In this document: positions 51,988-61,894 of the stretch, one piece after another
Position numbering within the stretch: position 1 is the stretch's first letter
Layout: every line of letters starts with the position of its first letter
DNA from: an uncultured Chloroflexia bacterium
GTDB lineage: Bacteria; Chloroflexota; Limnocylindria; Limnocylindrales; CSP1-4
Reading direction: 5' to 3'
Assembly (NCBI GenBank): GCA_963721655.1
Contig: CAVRKH010000006.1
Span: 151,986-215,985, forward strand
Length of the DNA stretch: 64,000 nucleotides
Program-made: the position numbers and the translations under genes
The notes under the pieces: model-generated
Seen by the model: the letters and a program-made list of their open reading frames with translations, nothing else
The model's database searches: none
What the model was told of the DNA's origin: nothing

Positions 51988-52982
51988 CGACGGCCCGGCC
52001 GAAGCGCCGCCGCGGGACATTCGTGCAGGAGGTCCGCGCGCGGTTGCTCGGCGCGCTGGCGTGGGTCGCCGGGCGGCTGCCCGAGGGACCGTTGATCCGC
52101 CTGGCGGAGCTGGCCGGCTCGGCGTGGTACCGGGCAGCTCCGGAGCGGGCCGCACAGGCCCGGCGCAACCTGCGTCGCGTCGCGCAGGCGCTCGACGAAC
52201 GCGGACTCGGGTCGGCCCCGGTTCGTGCCGCCGCCCACGACCCGGCTGCGCTGGAGCGCCTCGTCCGGGCGGCCTTCCGCCACAACGCCCGCTACTACCT
52301 CGAGGTGGTGCGCGCGCCCTCGCTCCGCCCGCGGGACGTCGACGAGCGGATTCTCGTGGAGACGCCGGAGGTCGTGGCGGCTGCGTTCAGCGCCGGCGAG
52401 CCCGTGATCTTCGTCGGCCTCCATTTCGGGGACCTCGAGCTGCCCTCGCGGATGCTGGCCGCGCACGTCGGACAGGCCGTCGCGCCGATGGAGACGATCG
52501 GCGATCCGGCCCTCCAGGCGTACTTCGAGCGGACGCGCGGGGCGAACGGCGTGCGGATCGTCGGCCTGCGCGAGGCGCGCCGCGAGCTGCTCGGCGCGCT
52601 GCGTGACGGTGTCTCGGTGGGCCTCGTCGGGGACCGCGACCTGACCGGCGGCGGCGTCGGGGTGACCCTCTTCGGCGCGCCGGCGACCCTGCCGCTCGGT
52701 CCGGCGCTGCTGTCGATCGAGAGTGGCGCCCCGATGTACGTCGTCGGCGTTCGGCGGGCCGGGCGCGGTCGCTACCGGGGACGGCTCGAAGCGATCCCGA
52801 TGCCGCCCGAGGGTCCGCGCCGCGAGCGGGTGATGACGGCGACGGCATCGGTCGCGGCAGCCTTCGAGCGGATCATCGCCGACGCCCCGGAACAATGGTG
52901 GGCGGTCTTCTTTCCGATCTGGCCGGACCTCGAGGCGGCGCCCGAGGTCCAGGAGCCGGTGTCCGTCGGGCGGACCGCATGA
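51984..52982 (+). CDS. lysophospholipid/lipid A-type (LpxL/HtrB/PatA-like) acyltransferase, copy 2
   Basis: ARRNLRRV...AAFRHNARYYLEVVR, VIFVGLHFGDLEL (HX4-like), VGLVGDRDLTGGGVGVTLFG and PLGPALLS. The ATG overlaps the upstream stop (ATGA). Confidence 0.75.
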   Translation: MTTARPKRRRGTFVQEVRARLLGALAWVAGRLPEGPLIRLAELAGSAWYRAAPERAAQARRNLRRVAQALDERGLGSAPVRAAAHDPAALERLVRAAFRHNARYYLEVVRAPSLRPRDVDERILVETPEVVAAAFSAGEPVIFVGLHFGDLELPSRMLAAHVGQAVAPMETIGDPALQAYFERTRGANGVRIVGLREARRELLGALRDGVSVGLVGDRDLTGGGVGVTLFGAPATLPLGPALLSIESGAPMYVVGVRRAGRGRYRGRLEAIPMPPEGPRRERVMTATASVAAAFERIIADAPEQWWAVFFPIWPDLEAAPEVQEPVSVGRTA

Positions 52983-53791
52983 GCCACGACGGCGACACCG
53001 AGCCGACCCCGACGGGTCGCGCGGACCTGCACCTCCACACGCTCGCGTCCGACGGGACGGCGGGCGTCCTCGAGATCCTCGAGCACGTCGAGGCGGAGAC
53101 GAACCTCGACGTCATCGCGATCACCGACCACGACCGCATCGACGCGGCCCTGGCAGCCCGGGCGATTGCCGCCGATCGCGGCATGCGCGCCGAGGTGATC
53201 GTCGGTGAGGAGGTCTCGAGCCTGGGCGGCCACGTCCTCGCGCTGTTCGTGGACACGCGGATCCGCCCCCTCCGCACGCTGAGCGCCACGGTTGCCGAGA
53301 TCCACGACGCGGGCGGCGTGGCGATCCCGGCGCATCCGCTGGTCCCGTACCCGCTGTGCGCCCAGGGCTGGGTCATCCGCGGGCTGCTCGACCGCTCCGA
53401 CGAGCGGTTCCACCCCGACGCCCTGGAGACCTTCAACCCGACGATGCTCGGCCGGCCGTGGCACTCGAAGGTGGTCCGCTTCGCCGAGGACAATGGCCTG
53501 GCCATGGTCGGCAACAGCGACGCGCACGCGCTCGGCGCGATCGGCGCCGGGTGGACCGAATTCCCGGGCCGGACCGCGGCCGACCTGCGCGCCGCGATCG
53601 TCGCCCACGAGACGGTCTTCCACGGGTCGTTCCACGGGACGTCGGGCCAGGTCCGCACGTTCGGGCGCCAGCTCGCGAAGTACGGCCGCGATGCGCACGC
53701 GGGGGTCAAGGGCCGGATCCGGCGCGATGGCTCCGGTCGCGACCTCGGCTATCCGGCCGAGCACGGCCCGCTCGACGAGGCGCGGCGATGA
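52979..53791 (+). CDS. PHP-domain (polymerase and histidinol phosphatase family) metal-dependent phosphoesterase
   Basis: ADLHLHTLASDGT, VIAITDHD, AIPAHP and VGNSDAH motifs. Both ends overlap the neighbouring genes by 4 nt. Confidence 0.8.
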   Translation: MSHDGDTEPTPTGRADLHLHTLASDGTAGVLEILEHVEAETNLDVIAITDHDRIDAALAARAIAADRGMRAEVIVGEEVSSLGGHVLALFVDTRIRPLRTLSATVAEIHDAGGVAIPAHPLVPYPLCAQGWVIRGLLDRSDERFHPDALETFNPTMLGRPWHSKVVRFAEDNGLAMVGNSDAHALGAIGAGWTEFPGRTAADLRAAIVAHETVFHGSFHGTSGQVRTFGRQLAKYGRDAHAGVKGRIRRDGSGRDLGYPAEHGPLDEARR

Positions 53792-55033
53792 AGATCGGCC
53801 TCGTCTGTCCGTACATCTACCCCGACGGCGGCGGCGTCGCGCAGCACGTCGGGTACCTCTACGAGAACCTCCGCCTGCGCGGCCACGACGTGCGGATCAT
53901 CACCGCCAGCCACGGCCCGCAGCGCTCGTCGGAGGGCGACGTGATCCGGCTGGGCGTCGGCTTCTCGGTCCCGACCAACGGATCGATGGGGACGCTGACG
54001 TTCTCGCCGCGCTACCTCGGCCAGATCAAGCGCGATGCTCGAACGGGAGCGCTTCGACGTCCTCCATTTCCACGAGCCGTTCGTGCCGTTCCTGTCGCTG
54101 TTCCTGCTGCGCGAGTCGACGAGCGTGAACGTGGCCACGTTCCACGCCTACGCCGGCTTTTCGCCGTCGTACGAGTTCGGCAGTCGGTTCCTCGGCGGGT
54201 ACGCCGAGCGCCTGCATGGCCGGATCGCGGTATCGGCCGCGGCCCGCCACTTCATCGACCGCTACTTCCCCGGCGACTACAAGCTGATCCCCAACGGCGT
54301 CGACATCAGCCGCTTCGATCGTGCCGTCCCGATCGCGCGCTGGCAGGACGGGACGCGCAACCTGCTGTTCGTCGGGCGGCACGAGCCGCGCAAGGGCCTG
54401 CTCGACCTGCTCAAGGCGTACCGCCTGCTGCGCAAGACCGGCTGCGACTGCCGGCTCCTCGTCGTGGGCTCCGGGCCGCAGGAGCGCGAAGCCCGGCGCT
54501 ACGTGGCGATCCGGCGGCTCAGCGGCGTCGAGTTCCTCGGCCGGGTGAGCGACCGCGCGAAGGCGCAGCTGTTCAAGAACGCCGACGTGTACGTCTCGCC
54601 GGCCACCGGCGGCGAGTCGTTCGGGATCGTGCTGCTCGAGGCGATGGCCGCCGGTGCGCCGATCGTGTGCTCGGACATCCACGGCTACAAGGGCGTCGTG
54701 CGGCGCGGGCGCGAGGCGCTGCTCGTCCCGCCGCGCAGCCCGAAGGCCCTGGCCGGCGCGATTGCCACGCTGCTCAACGACGACGCCGCCCGGATCGCGA
54801 TGGGCGAGGCCGGCCGTGCCCGCGCCGAGGACTTCAGCTGGCCGCAGGTGACCGCACGCGTGGAGTCGTACTACAACTTCGTGATCCGCCGCCTGGCCGC
54901 CGGCGGCCAGCTGCCCGAGGGCTATTCCGGGCCGATCCCCACTCGCCACGCGGCGCAGGAGCCGCCGCCGCCGCCAGCCGTCGACGTGAACGCCGGGGAC
55001 GGCACGGGATCGAGCGTGGGCGTCGCTCGCTAG
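53788..55033 (+). CDS. GT4-family glycosyltransferase (PimA-like phosphatidylinositol mannosyltransferase); frame broken by one extra base at about 54034
   Basis: MKIGLVCPYIYPDGGGVAQHV..., then in the +1 frame FDVLHFHEP, LLFVGRHEPRKG and SPATGGESFGIVLLEAMAAGAPIV (the E(x)7E region). 1246 nt equals 3n+1. Confidence 0.8.
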
Positions 55034-58000
55034 CTCGGGCTTCCTGCGCGAGCCTCCTTGCCCTTGTCCGGCGGGCCCTCCTCGTACAGTCGCCGCTCCA
55101 CGGCGGCGAGTCGCCAGGTCCAGGCCGAATAGGCCACCACGAGGCACGTCACGAGCAGGCCGAGGACGAGCACGGCCATGACCGGCGTGGCGAAGTTCGT
55201 CGTGGAGCTTCGGGCGATCGTGCTCACCGGGAACTGGAAGTCGTACAGGTACGTCGGCAACAGGCCCTGGTACGCGTTGACCATCGACGACGGCAGGGGC
55301 AGCGCCGAGATGTTCGGGTAGAACACGATGAACGTGACGACGATCGCGATCACCAGCCCGCCCACGAACCGGCGCGCGTCGCGAGTCGCCAGGACCTGCA
55401 GCGCGAGGTAGCCGAGCGGGATCGCGACGAGCAGCGCGATGGGTTCGACGGGAATGTTGTCGAGCACCAGGAACGGCGTGTCGGCGATCGCGCTGGATCG
55501 CCAGCAGCGGGACGGCCGCCCCGGCAAGCACGACGGCCCCGACGCCGACCCACCAGCGCACCGAGCGATCCTGCGCGACGCGGGGCAGCGTCCAGCGGCC
55601 GCCGAGCGCGAGGAGGAACAACAGCACGCCGATCCCGACCGCGAGGGCCAGGCCCAGCGTCCGCCACGTCAGCACGAACTGCGGGATGTACGGCGGGCAG
55701 GCCGCGGACGGGTTGTGAACCGCGAGCACGTCCACGAACCCGCACAGCGGCCGGGAGAACACGTGCATGAGGGCTGGCGCGACGATCGCCAGCGCGGCCA
55801 CGGCCTTGGCGAGGAACCAGGTCCGACGCGACGCCCCGTGCCACAGCTCGGCCACGAAGTAGGCGAGGGCCAGGATCACGAACGGCAGCGCCGTGTAGTA
55901 GTGGTACTGGAACGCGGCCCGGTCGATGCGCCCCCACGGGATCCACTGCGCGGCGAAGCCCACCGCGATGAGCGCCAGACCGAGGCTGCGCCGCTTGAAC
56001 GACTGGTACGCGACGAACGCCATCGCCGGGACGCCGAACCACCAGATGGCGAGGTTGCCGGCGTCATAGATCGCCGCCGACGTGCCGTCACCGAAGCCGC
56101 CCTGGTAGAACCAGACCGGCTTGAGGTCGAACGGCCACGCCCACCACGGCGACGACGCGGCGTGGGCCGACGTGAGCTCGTTGTGGTAGCGATACATCTG
56201 GCCGGTCAGCTCGAGCAGGGTCTGGCCGGTGTGCCCGGGCGGCCAGCCCGGCACGATCTGGTAGCCGTCGAGGGCGGCCCACGGCAGGTACGAGATGACG
56301 TAGACGACGACCGGCAGGACGACGAGGCTCGCGGTGGCCCACACGATGGGGATTCCGAACAGCCAGCCGGGCCGCAGCCAGCCGGCGGGCGGCCGCGCCG
56401 GCGGTTCGAGGAAGCGCGCGGGGTCGTCGGCTGCCGGCGGCGCGGCCAGCGGCCCGAAGCCGTACTGCCGCCCGAGCCAGAACAGGCCGTACACGACCAG
56501 TGAGCCGAGGGCGAGGGCGATCGCGAGGTCCAGCGGCCGCACGAGGATCGGACCGAGCGCGTACTCGGTCGACAGCCGACCCGTCGCGAGGGCGCCGAAG
56601 AAGACGAGGGTGCCGAGGCCGGCCGGCCCGAGCACCGCCAGCCGGAACTCCTCGTCGGACCAGGCGACCGGATGGAGCACCGAGGCCAGGACCGCCAGGA
56701 GCGTGAGCCCGATCATGATCAGCAGGAACGTCACGTTGCCGAACGGCGAGGCGCTGCCCTCGGGCACGCTGATCGCGATGTAGCCGAGCACGGCGGTCAG
56801 GGCGATGAGCCCGCCGATGGCGAGCACGCGGCCGAGCGCGCTTCGAACGAGGATCAGCAGGATCAGCGCGCCGATCGCGTAGGCCGCCACCCATTTCGAG
56901 GCCAGGGCAAGGCCCAGCAGCAGGCCGATGACCGGCATGGCGAGCCAGAACGCCCAGCGGCTCTTCCAGAAGCCTGTCCAGATCGCGGCGAACAGCGTGT
57001 ACGCGGCGATGATGAAGAGCCCGACGAACGCGTCGTTCATCGCGATCCGCGACTGCGCGAAGAGCATGCCGTCGACCAGCGCGAACAGGCCGGCGAGCAG
57101 CGCCACCTCCCGCCGCCGGAAGAGGATGCGCGCGAGCACGTACAGGAGGCCCGCCATCAGCGCGCCGGCGATCACCCCGGGCATCCGCCAGCTGAACGCG
57201 TGCTGACCGATCTCGACGGTCGCCCCGCTCCCGTCCGCAGCGAACGCCAGGAGCTGCTGGCGATCGCCGCCCGGACGCCCCTCGTCGATGTCGAAGGCCC
57301 ACGCCGAGGGGTCGAACGGCAGGCGCGCGTCGGCGTACACGGCGTTCGCGTGCGGCTCGACGACGTAGACCGTGGATCCGCTCCCGTCCGGCGTCCGGCC
57401 GAGGATGTGCACCTGACGCGTCGGCACGTCGTAGCCGATGCGGCTGCCGAGGCCGGGCAGCGGGTACGTGTTGGCGATGCTCGGGCCCTTGTCCTCGGAG
57501 TCCTGCCCGAGGTCGACGACGGCGTACGTCGGCTTGTCCGCGGTGCCCGCCGTCGCGTAGTACTTCTCGTCGTCGATGTTGGTGATCGAGGCAAGGCCGT
57601 GGGCGCCACCCTCGAGCGGGAACGCCCAGAGCTCGTCGCCGGTCGCCCGGTCGAGGAAGGCGACCCCGTCCCCGTCGGCCACCAGCACCTGCTCGACGGG
57701 GACGATCTCGATGCCCGGCAGCTCACCGGCGTCGATCGCGTCCTCGACGTCCGTCTGCTCGCCGTTGCCGAGCCCGCCGATCGTGACGCGCTCCTCCCCG
57801 GACGCGAGTTGCGCTTCGATCACTCGCTGCGTCCCCGCCGAGCAGCTCGGCCAGCCGCCCGGCGACCGCGGCCGGGTCGTCGATCGAGGCCGGAGTCGCG
57901 ACGACGGCCGAGCCGGAGCCGACGTCGGCGGCCTCGACGAGGCCCGGTCGCTCCGTGTCGAGCGTGACCTCGCCGGTCACCGAATCGACCACGAGGAGCC

Positions 58001-60423
58001 GGTCGCCGGCAGTCGCGAGGACCGTGGTGCCGTCCTCTGCGACGGCGAGGCGGTCGACGGGAACTCCGAGGTCGGCGACCTGGAACGGCTCGACGCTCTC
58101 CGCCCCGCCGATGTCGAGCTGGGCGAGGTCGAGGGTGTACAGCTCCCCGGCCTCGGTTGCGGCGAACAGCTGGCTCGCGGTCGGATCGTGGGCCAGGGCG
58201 CCCGTCGGGCCGAGGTCGTACCGCGCGACCTCGGCGCGCGAGCCGAGGTCGTAGCCGCGAATCCCCGTGTCCGTCGCGAGCCACAGCCGTGCGCCCGTCT
58301 GGTCGCCGGTCGCGATGTCCGTGTGGCGCGGCTCGACCAGCGCGTCGTTGACCGGGGCACCGAGCGAGCCCGTGGCGCTGACCTTGTCGTCGCCGAACGC
58401 GGTGATCCCGGCCGCGATCAGGTACTTGCCGAGGTGCGGGTGGGTCCACTCGTAGATGTTGCTCTCGTCGCCGTAGCGCCAGTCCTGGAGGAACTCGGTC
58501 GCGGTGCGCGCGTGGTAGACCTCGTCGAAGTGCATGTTCAGCGGCTCCCCGAGCCGGAACGTGCGCAGCACGAGCGTGGCCACGACCAGCACCACGAGCA
58601 GCCACAGGTCGAGCTTGTCGAGGCGACCGCCTCGCTCGTGGGCAAGCGCGGCGCTCCGGTCGGGCACGACGGGCCGCTGGTCGAACCGTTCGCGGAACCA
58701 CAGGCCCAGCGCGCTCTCGCCGAGGATCGCGCTCGGGCTCCACACCGGCGACGGCTGCTGCGGCTCGGCTTCGTCCGGCCCGGTCGCATCCGCGGCCCGA
58801 TACACGACCGCGGGGCCGGCGACCGCGGGGCCGGCGAACGCCGCGCCGGACGCGATGGGTTCCGGGGCCGCCTCCGGGATGGGCAGGAGCTCCTCCTGGT
58901 CCGCGTCGATGACGCCTGCCTCGGCGAACTCGTCGGCCAGCCGTTCGCGGCCGTCGGCGCGCAGCTGGACGAACGCCCAGACCAGCCCGAGCAGGTGGAC
59001 CATGGCGATGATCGCGACCCACAGCTCGTCGTTGATCGACCCGCCGATCCCGAGCCAGTCGCTGATCCTGAAGCGACTGTTGTCGTAGATCGTGGTGAGG
59101 ACGACGTACATGTTCAGGAACGTCGCGACCGACAGCGCGACGTACGCCACCCGCCAGCGGATCGACACCGCGGCGAGGATCGCGGCAAGGGCGTAGAACG
59201 GGAACAGGTAGCGTTCGTGGACGCGCGTCGGCACGACGAAGAACACGAGCGCGAGCACGGCGAGCGCCACGAGCAGCGTGCGTCTGTCCGGGTGGCGCGC
59301 GGCGATGATCACGATCAGCACGATGGACGCGAGCAGCAACGCGCTCCCCACGGCGACCGCCGGCAGCGGGCCGATGAACGCGGTGCCGGTGCTGCAGCGG
59401 TCGCCGCCGCTGAGTGTTCGGACCGATGCCCGTCGTGTCGCACATCCACAGCCCGTCGTGGGCGAGCGTCAGGCCGCTGTCGCCGGGGACGAGCGCCCAG
59501 GGGTTGTAGGCGTTGACGGTGACGTACGGGTAGCCTCCCGCCGCCCGCCCGACCTGCTCGAGGAGCCCGGAGCGCACGAATGGCGCCTGCGGGGTCAGCT
59601 CCACCACCGACAGGTTGAACGGGGCCGCGAGGATGACCGCCGTGATCAGCCCGGCGAGGCCCGTGGTCAGGATCCGGATCGGACGGCCGGTCTCGCGCTC
59701 CCAGGCCAGGAACCGCCCGAGGAGGCCCGCTCGCGGCTCGATCGGGTCCGGCGGCGGATCGTCGCCGTACCCGCCGGCCGGCCACAGCGCCCGGCGGATC
59801 GTGATGATGGCGACGAGCGGCACGAGGATGCCGAGCTGCGGCTTGATGACCGCCGCGAGCATCGTGAAGATCGCGGCCCGCTCCGGGCGGTCGCGCCACA
59901 GCTCGCGCAGGCCGAGCAGCAGGAACACGACGCCGAACGAGTCGACCTGGCCCCACACGGCGCTGTCGAACCAGCTGACCGGGTTGAGGACGAAGAACAG
60001 GGCCGCGAGCAGCGCCACCGACTGGCGCGCTCCGAGCTCGCGGGCCATCGACCAGGCGAGGTAGCCGATCGCCGCATCGGCCAGGATCGGCGGGAGCTTG
60101 ATCAGGTCGCCGATGCCGCCCAGCCACGGAGCGACCGAGCCGATGAGCCACAGGACGTACATGTAGCCCGGGGTGTAGTCGATGAACCCGCTCTGGTAGA
60201 GCGTTCCGGGACCCTCGGTCGCCAGGCGGCTCGCCCACCCCTGGAACGAGATGATGTCGGTCCCGAACCCTGATCCCGGCAGGAGGACGTATGCGATGAT
60301 GAAACGGAGGGCGAGCCCGAGCGCGAGCACGAGCGCGATCGCGCCAACGGCCCCTGGAATCCCGGTTGACCGTTGCGGCGGGCGCGTGCCTCGCTCGGTC
60401 CCGCCTCTGGCGGGGCCAGTCAC
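55030..60423 (-). CDS. giant polytopic membrane protein of about 1,797 codons: an N-terminal GT-C module fused to a PMT (GT39-like) protein O-mannosyltransferase module with a large loop insertion. Three single-base frame breaks (about 59410, 57833-57836, about 55495)
   Basis: - Module 1: FGTDIISFQGWA, DYTPGYMYVLW, LNPVSWFDSAVWGQVDSF, and HERYLFPFY after the first frame break.
- Linker: Ala/Pro-rich.
- Module 2: MHFDEVYHARTA...EWTHPHLGKYLIAAG, about 395 aa of insertion, then SRIAMNDAFVGLF, QYHYYTALPF and the C-terminal TM segments.
- Continuity: no in-frame stop separates the modules.
- Length: 5394 nt minus 3 extra bases gives 1797 codons. Confidence 0.6.
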
Positions 60424-60513
60424 CGGGGGATCGGCTCCTGCACGAGCGTGAAAGTGGATCGGAGCGTAGCACAGGGTCGCCCTGCGGACCCCCGGACGGA
60501 TGGCTGGTCGGAC

Positions 60514-61894
60514 GTGCGGTCCGTACCGTGGCTCGCGGCCGCGGTTGGCGTCGGTTTCGTCATCGTCGCCCTGGCGGTGTACACGCGGACCCTCATCGAC
60601 CGCCCGTACGACCACTTCGTCTGGCAGGCGGCCGCGTTCCTCGAGGGCCAGGCCGCGATCCGCTACCCGGTCCCGGGCAACGAGTACTACCAGGACGTGC
60701 TGCCGGTCGCCCCGATCGACGGCATCCCGCGCGGGCTGATCCCCTTCCCGCCGCTGCCCGCCGTCATCCTCATGCCGTTCGTCGCGCTCGGCGGGCTCGC
60801 CACGAGCGGCCAGGTCGTGTTCGTGGGCCTCGCCGCGCTCGATGTCGGGATCTGCTGGTGGCTGCTCGGGCGGCTGCCGCTGCGCTTCTGGGTGCGGATC
60901 GCGGGAACCGCCTTCTTCGCGTTCGGCACGGTCTTCTGGTACGCCGCGCAGCTCAACACGACCTGGTACCAGGCCCACGTCGCAGCGATCGGCCTCGCGA
61001 TGCTCGCCACGGGGTTCGCGATCGGCGCGGACCGGGCGGCGGTCGACACCGAGGAGGCACCGACGTCGAGCCGCGACCTCCTCGCGACGATCCGCCGTGA
61101 CGGCCTCGCGGTCGACGGGCGCCAGTTCCTGATCGGCCTGCTGTTCGGGCTGGCGTGCACCGCCCGCCTCACGATGCTGTTCGCGGCGCCGTTCTTCGTG
61201 CTCGTCGGGAGCGGCGGCAGCTGGTGGCGGCGCGGCTGGTCGGCCGGCCTCGGCGCGGCGCTGCCGGTGATCGTCCTGTTCGCGTACAACCTGGTCACGG
61301 CCGGCAACGTCCTCCACCCGGCCTACGAGTTCCTCTACCAGGCCGAGGCCACCTACTACCCGACGCTCGGCTACAACCTCGACTGGGCCATCGAGGATCC
61401 GCGCTACATCCCGCAGAACCTCGGGATCATGCTCTTCAGCCTGCCCCTCTTCGCGCCGGACACGTGGCCCGATTCGCTCCGCGTCACGACCGATGCGTTC
61501 TGCACGGAGGCGGGCGCCGCGCGCGGCCTGTTCGACGTCTCGTGCCCGCTCGCCGTCCCCAACGACATCGGGATGAGCGTGCTGCTCACCAGCCCCGCCT
61601 ACCTGCTGGCGATCCCGGCGCTTCGGCCGGTTCCGCACGAGCCGGATCGTCGCAGGCGCTACCATCGCGGTCCTGCTCGTGGCGATCGTCAACCTCATGC
61701 ATTTCAGCCAGGGCTGGGTGCAGTTCGGCTACCGCTTCAGCAACGATTTCGTCCCGTGGGCCGTCATCCTCGTGGCACTCGGTGCCGAGGCGGTTGCCCG
61801 GCGGGGGGCGGGCGCCGTCGTCGGCGGCCTCGTCGTCGCCTCGATCCTCGTCAACGCCTGGGGAGTCGCGTGGGGCAATCTGCTCGGATGGTGA
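60514..61894 (+). CDS. polytopic membrane protein, GT-C-like (ArnT/PMT_2-like) glycosyltransferase candidate; frame broken by one extra base near 61627; start uncertain
   Basis: More than 10 hydrophobic segments, with loop motifs YDHFVWQAAAFLEG and FGTVFWYAAQLNTTWYQAH. The C-terminus FSQGWVQFGYRFSNDF... lies in the +1 frame. 1381 nt equals 3n+1 from GTG 60514. Confidence 0.5.
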
